From positions 1 through 40,699 of the IMG/VR virus record IMGVR_UViG_3300031519_000063: a stretch of DNA of 40,699 bases; one strand, written 5' to 3'. The notes beneath the pieces were generated by a model, which made no database searches, was not told the origin of the DNA, and saw nothing but the letters and a program-made list of their open reading frames with translations. How positions within the stretch are numbered: position 1 is the first letter of the stretch; each line of letters begins with the position of its first letter. Source of the DNA: a virus. Taxonomy: Duplodnaviria; Caudoviricetes. Below, one piece after another: positions 26,701 through 33,197 of the stretch. The position numbers were made by a program, and so were the translations under genes.

Positions 26701-28793
26701 TTATTATTTAGATAGTGTACTTCTGCTGAAGAGTTATCGCTACCATCCCCCCATGTAGTACCCTCTTCATCTGGGTCATCTCCAATAGCTGATGAAGGCA
26801 CGCCGTATAACTCTGCATATTCATCCGCCTTAAAGTCGGGATATTTCTCTGCGATTTCGGCTTTGGCGTTGTCGTTTTTAATTTTGAGGTCTGCCACGCG
26901 GACACTTTCAATTCGTGCGGCTTCAATTCGTGCGGCTTCAATTCGTGCGGCTTCAGCCTCAGCAGCTATCCGCGCCTTCTCAGCGGCTTCAGCGGCGATC
27001 CGGTCCTCTTCAGCTTTGGTTGCTTTGGCAATGTCGTCAAGCCGTTTGGCTTCAATTCGCGCATTTTCGAGCCGTTCATAATCGGTCTGTTTAGTTATTT
27101 CCGTTACAACACCTCCTATAGCCTCATCCGCAAACTTCGTAAGGTAAGGATCTGTTATTTTTAAAGTGTTGTCTGCTGCAACAGTAAGTGCATTGCGTGC
27201 GGCGTTGAGTCTGGCTGTATAAGCCGATACATTAGTATTATAAGCCTCTAACGAGGTGTCATAAGCCTTTCTATTACCATCAAATTTTGCTCGGGCAGTA
27301 TCAAAAGTAGTAATTAAACTATTATTCTTTGTAATCCAATCGCCTACTCTTTTATTAAGGCTAACTATTTCTGCATCATTAGCTGTATTGGTTATGTCAC
27401 CAGTAGATACCCAATAATCCTCACTATCTCCCTCTTCACCACTATCATACGTCCAGTAACCACCTATACCGGGTTGATCTACTACAAGAGTTTTGGTAAT
27501 ACCTCCCTCATCCTCGTCATAGGTGTAGTGAAATACAGGGTCTTTAGCTTTTGTAACTCTAGCATCAAACAAGCTCTTACTTCTAGCTATATCAGCTTCT
27601 ATTTGCCCTCGGGTAAATGGGTTAGTTGCATCTTTTCCTGCTTGGAAGGCTTTTACTTCGGCAAGCTTAGCTTCAACTAAGGCTTTTTCATTGTTTATAT
27701 CTAGATACTCTTTATCTAGATCGTCTTCTTGATCTGCTATTATGGCTGCTTCACTAACTGTTAGTGTATAGGCGTCACTTGCTGCTCGTTCTGCAGCAAA
27801 CAGACTTAACACTTTACCGCTGGCTAAATAATCTACTGCCTTTGATACATCCGCGTTAAGATTATCCCTGAGTACTGAGTCTTTAAAGGCGTCAAAGATA
27901 TCGTCTCCTACAAAAGCAGCGTCAATAGCTTTATTAATGGCATTATTCAAATAGCCAATCTTTTGTGTATTTTCGGGAATATCTTCAGAATAAAACCTCT
28001 CAATACTATCTCCCGTAACGTATACACTAACGGCAGCTTTTGCTATTGCAGGCCCTAGTACATCTACAAGATCAACATCACCACCGGACATAACTGCTGT
28101 AACTGATGCTGATGCCGCATTAGTTATAATCTGTTGAGCTATCTCTGGTAAATCTCTAAACCCTGCGGCTAGGTCAGCCACCCCACTGTCTACAGCATCT
28201 ACAGTAGCTATATAGTCTGCATATTCTGCGGAATTTTCAACCTCTTCAAGACTAAAATCTCCCGTACTTGTAAACTCCGAAAAAGCAGCACTACCCGCTG
28301 ATTGAACAGCACCCATAAAACCTGCCATTGCAATATCTTTTACGTCAAAATCACCTGACGCTGCTGAACTAATAGTAGCCCCAACAATACTTCTAACAGC
28401 ACCCTCCGCAGCTCTTGCGACTAATCTTTCTGTAACAGTCCCCGCAATGACCTTCCCAGATGCATCGACGCCCGTCCCGATAGCAGCAGTAGTAGCTTCT
28501 CCCGCCCAAGTACCTGCTTTTGCACCTATATATGAGCTGCCTGCTGATATTGCTACAGCCATAAGGTCACCATCGGTTTCATACGCGGTTAGCGCGGCTC
28601 TTGCGACCCATACATAGGGCGTCCAAGGTCCGGGTACGATAGAAGCTACCAGTAGTATAGTGCCTAGAGGGTCCTCTAAAAATTTCGGAATAAGGCCACC
28701 GACGGCTTTAAAAACAGGCTTAAGAATATCATCTACGGCAAATTCGACGATATCCCCAACAATATCACCTACAGTATCAAATATACTACCCAT
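20760..28793 (-). CDS. Giant (2677 aa) putative ejection/internal virion protein with coiled-coil repeats and a dockerin/EF-hand-like loop
   Basis: Uninterrupted 8-kb ORF with GGAG SD; amphipathic/hydrophobic N-terminus; 87-aa repeats; DVNNDGFVDITD; QA-rich tail. Confidence 0.7.
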   Translation of the reverse strand: MGSIFDTVGDIVGDIVEFAVDDILKPVFKAVGGLIPKFLEDPLGTILLVASIVPGPWTPYVWVARAALTAYETDGDLMAVAISAGSSYIGAKAGTWAGEATTAAIGTGVDASGKVIAGTVTERLVARAAEGAVRSIVGATISSAASGDFDVKDIAMAGFMGAVQSAGSAAFSEFTSTGDFSLEEVENSAEYADYIATVDAVDSGVADLAAGFRDLPEIAQQIITNAASASVTAVMSGGDVDLVDVLGPAIAKAAVSVYVTGDSIERFYSEDIPENTQKIGYLNNAINKAIDAAFVGDDIFDAFKDSVLRDNLNADVSKAVDYLASGKVLSLFAAERAASDAYTLTVSEAAIIADQEDDLDKEYLDINNEKALVEAKLAEVKAFQAGKDATNPFTRGQIEADIARSKSLFDARVTKAKDPVFHYTYDEDEGGITKTLVVDQPGIGGYWTYDSGEEGDSEDYWVSTGDITNTANDAEIVSLNKRVGDWITKNNSLITTFDTARAKFDGNRKAYDTSLEAYNTNVSAYTARLNAARNALTVAADNTLKITDPYLTKFADEAIGGVVTEITKQTDYERLENARIEAKRLDDIAKATKAEEDRIAAEAAEKARIAAEAEAARIEAARIEAARIESVRVADLKIKNDNAKAEIAEKYPDFKADEYAELYGVPSSAIGDDPDEEGTTWGDGSDNSSAEVHYLNNKKNAVNYEENNRQVKEAIYKNIPEPVLQQLKSIADFENIDAYKSAGSKEAKAKVRADYLEKAYDDYVTGVQGNIDPSLKTTASELTPEVITASGKTVFNSIQTDYDPTDTSLEEPYESKVLGGENLSRSQVAELKATGQLKFYSVLPLDSVVETDIWATSDGTFYPSEVDYPINILTGESTTEYDRDFSISNSIEQTWEDTSGFFTQATKNLDEGIIKTAADVGAFIDSTIPLEETKKALWSNIGSFFGLGNEEEETKKAFSDDSDYGEVGSSRPSPRSIIEERIARGKAAMEAINYVGDFEYAVQNGQDPLDFLASDLEYGAQEGRYTTVGSKLGGNYNNLRILTNDTAKRFDTETSDWEILLQANAKKEEAEANRVRGIKLGYTSPDAARDPWTDAARPKSLSLKELRILDPELYLYEVTRLGEELSDDDLKKFNSTDRALINVAVKINDLTRDLNGGTWDNPIRTEAQLTEYTYLKDIGAALISAGTEQFASLTGLVNWVERSKTKGAGSLEDPYTGIGQPKNIDATLKALNTVINATQSKKLKEGIAALKAAGEEGAGGVAKFALDNPYTVIMGIVLPELFSEIVPLVASTATGGLTYFAARRAGKAATAKILGGQTAFATEIGLAVAETGGGTYFEAFDKIYDAAIKAGQSEQQAIQTAHTESARIAIKASATEAVTGGLNPTALLSKKIVDRAGGVSGKALLKAGAKSLAEGAAEAYEESQTYTDIANVVIGLTPEAGEVGGPYHNFVNRRNAIAVEAFFAGAGVGAGLNILGLSIPDGGTPGSGGRTPFGGLNFNGLGGSVFTAVDILASFSPPISQAIIDGRSDNPDVRAAAIARTEEIFGYDARSDTGNYTDLDFSTDADGVYFYDIATEVLNKVSPDDYNTSEEVGGYYSEISADLGVSYDPSDSEILQLTGPTSPDTALDTTEAITNIISENAFTRPEALAAVPGYNFGANEVIPGLGVGTSEEQAAAIAYLQNEYIPPRQFTEGNLEAALGSDLFNTLTLGQKKGLIGQGDEGYNLAQIEVAKDYRNKREVTSEEATAAIEAEGYTKPDDPGGVAAFDAEVAKYVGVSNDPTHQDTIFGNITSDIDPRYIKESEARQAYLDLGITNPAQSDIDKFIGLGDETQLAANIDSYLPAATYNLARDPQGGDDGLEAIIDAKLAQNAENTNTRFNEAKTANETANKALQDLVTAEFTTQFEGTDAQFTALKAELTQNVANTDAQFKAAADERASADKSALDYQNKIDAKLAQNAENTNTRFNEAKTANETANKALQDLVTAEFTTQFEGTEAQFTALKAELTQNVANTDAQLQKAADERASADKSALDYQNKIDAKLAQNAENTNTRFNEAKTANETANKALQDLVTAEFTTQFEGTEAQFTALKAELTQNVANTDAQFKAAADERAAADKSALDYQNKVDTRLTGIGDRITSGFADSDKKFNDAKTANETANKALQDFVTTKFNAQFEGTEAQFTALEAKLTQNVANTDAQFKAAADERAEAAESLKSYEGRIVSLGSLITQNAENTDNKLNDARTASEEADAALQNLVNSNFQGTTEQYNDLYNQAIADKEAATAQFNIATDERATNAANALNYQNKFDTRLTGIGDRVTSGFADSDKKFNDARTASEEADTALQNLVNSNFQGTTEQYNDLYNQATANKEATTTQFNTAADERATAASDFDTFQNQTGGRFNEIAAAQGDISDRIGVRGREVTQSDLDSYSGIIDQQGQSNAPALTSEQTIYDVNNDGFVDITDQEILQQIFAGTLSSSTLSNTNPFASTGLQGQLIDQSVATRNTATQTAANTAAAQQAAQEATQQASQQAAAQQAAQQAAAQQAAQQAANTAAEAQQAAQQAAAQQAAQQAAAQQQTQTQIATAIANQQAADNQRRQEAEQQQLMAALQQTPQTTVETPDVAEIDAPYDPFGDSIFANENSFDTLFGQGGAEPMPLAAAKGGLIMDPTDEILRILGGR
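21040..21280 (-). repeat. Low-complexity QQAA(A) coding repeat
   Basis: Repeated ttgttgagccgc/ctgcttgctg units; translation QQAAAQQAAQQ, with NTAAxQQAAQ occurring twice. Confidence 0.9.
21615..23208 (-). repeat. Coding tandem repeat array: three near-identical 261-nt (87-aa) units plus three diverged units
   Basis: Unit boundaries at 22421, 22682, 22943 and 23204 give an exact 261-nt period; diverged copies extend down to about 21615. Confidence 0.95.
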
Positions 28794-29271
28794 CTATACT
28801 CTCCGGTATTCTCTGTTTACCGAACTTTACAAAAGCCATGTATTCACTATCAGATTTTGTAGCTTCTTTTATAAACACAACAGTATCGGTACTATTTTCT
28901 AATGTACGCTCTATTATCTTAATTAATTTAAATACCTCACTTCCGCTAAACATAGTTGTATAATGCGTGATACCTCCTACACGTAAGTATTCGAGGTACA
29001 CTAAAACATTATTAATGTAGTTCCTTGCTGTATCTATATTAAACGCTCGACCTACTGTTTTATTTTGGTTTTCACCAACACCTCTATGAGTTAGGAAAAC
29101 TGTATTACCAAACTGTTTAGTATCGGCAGAAGGCATACTCCCCTCTTTAGCTATAAGAGCTAGTGCAACAGCGAGAGGATATTTAGTATTCACCTGATCG
29201 ACAGACAGAACTACTATTCTAGCTTCTGGTACTAGTTCTTCTTTACTATCAATAACTCTCATACGAGGCAT
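28786..29271 (-). CDS. Hypothetical virion-module protein (alpha/beta; positional analogue of T7 gp13/GNAT-like proteins)
   Basis: Clean ORF coupled to its neighbours; function inferred from position only. Confidence 0.55.
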   Translation of the reverse strand: MPRMRVIDSKEELVPEARIVVLSVDQVNTKYPLAVALALIAKEGSMPSADTKQFGNTVFLTHRGVGENQNKTVGRAFNIDTARNYINNVLVYLEYLRVGGITHYTTMFSGSEVFKLIKIIERTLENSTDTVVFIKEATKSDSEYMAFVKFGKQRIPESIDG

Positions 29272-29278
29272 ACTACAC

Positions 29279-29602
29279 CTACCCTATCTCTAATAGACTG
29301 GCGACAACATGTAGACGGTTAGCGGTAGCAGCCGTAGCTTTTAGTATCTCGGCTTCTCCTACCACAATTGGACTACTTAGAAGCTCTACTGTAGTGTTTG
29401 CACCCACTGCCTTAACCTTAAATAGACTGAATATAGCCCCTGCCGAATTAGTTAGCGTGAGTGTTATAGTGTCAGCACTACCAGAATCTTCCGATACTAA
29501 TATTGATTTAACTATAGCTGTAATAGCTGTAGGGGCCGTATACAACGTAGTCGCAGCCGTAGAAGTTAAATCAACTTTAGCATTTTTATAGTTATTAGCC
29601 AT
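29279..29602 (-). CDS. Small beta-rich structural protein
   Basis: TTLYTAPTAITAIVKSILVS pattern common in marine podovirus tail modules; TAATG coupling with the upstream ORF. Confidence 0.7.
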   Translation of the reverse strand: MANNYKNAKVDLTSTAATTLYTAPTAITAIVKSILVSEDSGSADTITLTLTNSAGAIFSLFKVKAVGANTTVELLSSPIVVGEAEILKATAATANRLHVVASLLEIG

Positions 29603-29793
29603 TAGCTAAGAAACCACGATAGGGACTCGGAATATTCTTGAGAATTTCCTGCTCTTAGGGTCTCATCTACCCTATTAAAATACAAACGTAAGCTATTATT
29701 ATGATAGTTAAAATATGACATATCATATTCAACAGGTGCGTATGCTAGAACCGGGGCCGTGAACCCTATACTATGTGAAGTAGATGCTACCAT
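29602..29793 (-). CDS. Small tail-associated protein
   Basis: PVLAYAPVEYD...LRLYFNRVD motif; coupled to both neighbours by 1-nt overlaps. Confidence 0.65.
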   Translation of the reverse strand: MVASTSHSIGFTAPVLAYAPVEYDMSYFNYHNNSLRLYFNRVDETLRAGNSQEYSESLSWFLS

Positions 29794-31658
29794 TACCTGC
29801 CCCCATCCGCACGTACGTCTATTCTAGGATGCCCTAACTGCCACTGCACGCCGGTATCTGTAGACTCTATCTTCATGGACATTTGTCTACCCCGAACCCT
29901 TATATTTACTTGGCCTGTATAGGCTTCTACTGGGGCGGTAGCGCTTCTAGTTACAGTCCCCGCACTATTACCCCCTTCAGATAAAGGGTTATTATACCCG
30001 GAACCAGAATTTTGCAGGGGATTTAGTGTCATAGTAGCATTGGGGGCATCTATAGTAGACCCTTCAAAAGTCATATCAGGGAGTACGCGCCATACAAACC
30101 CAAATTTATCCCCACCTTGTAGATCAATTTCACTAGACGTTATATATGCGTTAATAGCTGCGGGGGTATCTGTTTCAACATCGTCTATACCCTCTTCATG
30201 ATTTACTAAATTAGATCTGTAGGTTGCTGCTAAAGGCAGGGTACGCATACCGGAATCTAACCAAGCTGTCCTAGCAAGGGTTCCGTAATACCATATATTA
30301 TACTCGTAGTTATATATAACATACTTATCTACCGTAGTAGAACTACTAGAACAATAGAACCACCACACCTCATTAAATTCTTTATTTGTACCGGTAAAAA
30401 CTTGGTCTAGTTGTACGATATTAATATCGTTAATAACATGACGTAACAGTGAACAATTTAATGTCTGCACGCGCCCATCATATTTATAGAACCTATCATT
30501 ACCCATCCAATAAGATACACCATTTGCGAAGGCTACTGCATTCTGAGAGGCTATAGATATGTTATCCCCAATAAGTTCAACCCCGAATACTGCCTGCCCA
30601 CCTAGGAACTGTAGGTTATATATAGAAGAATCTGTCCATATATTAACAGCTTGGTTAGACTGTTTAACAGCTACTATCTTGGTGCCACGCGATAACCTGA
30701 GACTACCAGACTGATTTGTAGTTGAGGGAGTCCAATCTGCAGCGTTTTCTTGGTCGCTCCAGCGAAATAAGAGTGGGTCTTGTGTAGTAGTACCTAACGC
30801 GTTTGTACCAAAACAAAATACAAATCTGTTTATATCGGAGACAAATACAATATTCTGTATAGTAGGTGTGTTTGAAGCCCCGCCCAAACTAGAAAGAGCT
30901 ACCCCCCTAGTACTTACAGCGTTCGTAGCGTCCCAATAAAAAGGTGCACCCCCTCTAGGACCAAATATAAGATCCTCCCCAAAATTAGACTGACTCCACT
31001 GACGTAGAGACACATTGCTAGTACTCCCGACATTAAAGGGGCCAACGTTAAACTTACCCGCACCGAAACCAATAAGGGGGATTACAGTTTCTGGCCCTAC
31101 ATTTATTTGATATGCTGCGTCAGTTGCAGCGCCACCATTACCTGAATCGGAAGAATTAGCTGCGGTAGACGCTGTAAATGTATATGTATTTGCGTTAGGC
31201 ACTAATACTATCTGGTGCTCTGCATTCAGTATATTGGCGGTTATAACACCCCCTAGAGACGCAGCACTGCTAAAAGTAACAAAATCACCAATAACAGCCC
31301 CATGACTATTATCTGTTACAGTTATAGTAGTAGATCCATCAGTAGCAGCAAACGTGGCTGCATTCGTAGTAGTTGCCCGAATAGGAGTGATATCGTAGTA
31401 AACACCCCCTCCTTCGATATAAAACTTCAAATGTGTGCCTACCCCTACTAATTTAGCTCCTGTTAGGGTAATCCAAGCCCATAAAGACCTACATACACCT
31501 TGGAATGTATTGCCTGATATACGTGCCCAACCACCTATTTTTTCAGGTAATGCGAACCTAAAACGCACTTTATCGCAGTCATACCAGCCATTCTCAGCCG
31601 CATACCGCGTTACTTCTTTATTGATACCGGGCTTAAAGATTAGTTTCTGCAGGGGCAT
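29793..31658 (-). CDS. Tail nozzle / tail tubular protein B (P22 gp10-like beta-propeller)
   Basis: 621 aa, beta-rich; KPGINK..T.Y, VRFR..PEKIGGW, RWSDQEN...W and NEVWWFY; C-terminal RVRGRQMSMKIES. Confidence 0.75.
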   Translation of the reverse strand: MPLQKLIFKPGINKEVTRYAAENGWYDCDKVRFRFALPEKIGGWARISGNTFQGVCRSLWAWITLTGAKLVGVGTHLKFYIEGGGVYYDITPIRATTTNAATFAATDGSTTITVTDNSHGAVIGDFVTFSSAASLGGVITANILNAEHQIVLVPNANTYTFTASTAANSSDSGNGGAATDAAYQINVGPETVIPLIGFGAGKFNVGPFNVGSTSNVSLRQWSQSNFGEDLIFGPRGGAPFYWDATNAVSTRGVALSSLGGASNTPTIQNIVFVSDINRFVFCFGTNALGTTTQDPLLFRWSDQENAADWTPSTTNQSGSLRLSRGTKIVAVKQSNQAVNIWTDSSIYNLQFLGGQAVFGVELIGDNISIASQNAVAFANGVSYWMGNDRFYKYDGRVQTLNCSLLRHVINDINIVQLDQVFTGTNKEFNEVWWFYCSSSSTTVDKYVIYNYEYNIWYYGTLARTAWLDSGMRTLPLAATYRSNLVNHEEGIDDVETDTPAAINAYITSSEIDLQGGDKFGFVWRVLPDMTFEGSTIDAPNATMTLNPLQNSGSGYNNPLSEGGNSAGTVTRSATAPVEAYTGQVNIRVRGRQMSMKIESTDTGVQWQLGHPRIDVRADGGR

Positions 31659-31664
31659 TATAGA

Positions 31665-31877
31665 CTACTCCAAAACTGCCCCAAACATAGACGTAGGGGT
31701 TACTTCTACCGTTACACTCTGTTTTAGCCCTAAATATACTTCACAATTAGGACATTCTTTAGTTTTTATATCGGTTTCGGTAATATCAAATCCACAAACT
31801 TCGCACGTAACTTCTATAGTATACGCAGCTATAAGAGTGTTATCTCCAGTTTTTTCTGTTTCATAGCGTTGTTTCAT
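31665..31877 (-). CDS. Small Zn-ribbon protein
   Basis: CEVC-x13-CPNC; AAGGA SD. Confidence 0.65.
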   Translation of the reverse strand: MKQRYETEKTGDNTLIAAYTIEVTCEVCGFDITETDIKTKECPNCEVYLGLKQSVTVEVTPTSMFGAVLE

Positions 31878-31889
31878 ATACTTCTTCCT

Positions 31890-32264
31890 TTACGGCGTCA
31901 CAGCTTCTTCATAATAGACTATAAGCTGTTTCTGTTGATCTATAAACCGCTTTATTTCCGCCATATTTAACGCCAATGTCTCATAATCACGAACACTTAG
32001 GGCATAAAAGACAAGTGAATCACCATTTTCTTTGCCAAATCGCTTCTTAAAATCCAGGTAAGTATCTGGAGTTACTACATAAAAATGGATATTATTTAAC
32101 GATACGGGGCGCGGATGTTTCTGGAGTGGGATATTTCGCTCAATCTCGGCAGTCTTGACCTCAATTGGAAGTATATCCTTAAAGCTACTGCACCCACTAC
32201 TTAACAGCAGGAACAGCACCGGAAAGAATTTCAAGGGACCTAAACAGTTTAGCCGTACCAGCAT
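31890..32264 (-). CDS. Outer-membrane spanin (Rz1-like lipoprotein)
   Basis: Hydrophobic signal FFPVLFLLLSSGC with a lipobox-like Cys; 5' end overlaps the i-spanin candidate by 68 nt. Confidence 0.7.
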   Translation of the reverse strand: MLVRLNCLGPLKFFPVLFLLLSSGCSSFKDILPIEVKTAEIERNIPLQKHPRPVSLNNIHFYVVTPDTYLDFKKRFGKENGDSLVFYALSVRDYETLALNMAEIKRFIDQQKQLIVYYEEAVTP

Positions 32265-32589
32265 TGATCTTCTTCTCCACCAAAAGTGGTTCCTTCAGAC
32301 TTAAACTAGATAAATTATGCTTCTGTAACTTCCCAATTAACACGTCCTTATATCCATTCGCCTTATCTAATCGCCCACGTAAATCAGAATTTAGTTTGGC
32401 AAATTTCTTTTGGTCTGCAACTAAGGTATTAATTGTGTCATCTTGGAGCTTTTTTACCATTTTAAGTTTAGCTGTATTTTCAATTAACGCCTGTATACGT
32501 GCCTGACTGTCCGTATAGTAGTAATAAGCTCCTGCAGCAGCAGCCCCAACAATACCTATTACGACCACTAAAATATAGATTCGGATCAT
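32197..32589 (-). CDS. Inner-membrane spanin (Rz-like)
   Basis: Single N-terminal TM helix followed by a long coiled coil; overlaps the lipoprotein gene. Confidence 0.7.
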   Translation of the reverse strand: MIRIYILVVVIGIVGAAAAGAYYYYTDSQARIQALIENTAKLKMVKKLQDDTINTLVADQKKFAKLNSDLRGRLDKANGYKDVLIGKLQKHNLSSLSLKEPLLVEKKINAGTAKLFRSLEILSGAVPAVK

Positions 32590-32595
32590 TATACG

Positions 32596-32943
32596 TCAAC
32601 TACCACCCTTAATAGGCGGATGGATACCATTATGCATCTTTCTCATCCGATCAGACTCTGCCCTAAGATGCTCCACCTCGACGGCCAAACGCTCAAGTGA
32701 GCGATGAAGGTGTTCACGGCTGTTTGGGTCCAGCATCTTACTTAACACGCTCACCCGCTGTTCTGCTATCTGTGTCGCGGTATCATTCTTATCCAAATTA
32801 TTATCAAGGTGACCTAGACGCTTAATAATTCCCTTAATGTCTTCTTCAAGCTCGATACATTTTGCTCGCGTCAAAACAAAGGAGGCGACCACAGACGCGA
32901 TCATACCCACTAAGGTAATAAGTAAGCGCGCATCTAACTCCAC
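32596..32943 (-). CDS. Single-TM coiled-coil protein, possible holin/lysis accessory
   Basis: LLITLVGMIASVVASFVL TM segment; sits directly upstream of the spanins. Confidence 0.5.
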   Translation of the reverse strand: MELDARLLITLVGMIASVVASFVLTRAKCIELEEDIKGIIKRLGHLDNNLDKNDTATQIAEQRVSVLSKMLDPNSREHLHRSLERLAVEVEHLRAESDRMRKMHNGIHPPIKGGS

Positions 32944-32957
32944 CTTATGAACCTTAT

Positions 32958-33197
32958 TTAGGCCGCGACATGCGCTTTACCCGCCGTAATCGCATCCGTA
33001 AACGGACTTAAATCTTCATCTGTCCAGAACGTCCAGTCAATTACCAGTTCTAGGTGGTCAACATTACGCTGCATGACTGTTTCGTCATCTGTATAATCAC
33101 TAGGTGTTGCAATTACTGCGTTAATTAAGTTAACCGAGTCCATTGCAGAAGAGTAATGTTGCGCAATTTGTTCCGGGGTTTCTACTTCATCATCCAT
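32958..33197 (-). CDS. Small acidic protein downstream of the tail fibre (possible fibre assembly factor)
   Basis: Start moved to ATG 33197 (AAGGA SD, 8-nt overlap with the fibre stop); function inferred from position. Confidence 0.6.
   Translation of the reverse strand: MDDEVETPEQIAQHYSSAMDSVNLINAVIATPSDYTDDETVMQRNVDHLELVIDWTFWTDEDLSPFTDAITAGKAHVAA

Noticed and set aside
29279-29793. Frameshifted single gene or pseudogene spanning the 63-aa and 107-aa ORFs
   Set aside because: The junction is a standard TAATG stop-start overlap like several others here, and no slippery heptamer is evident.
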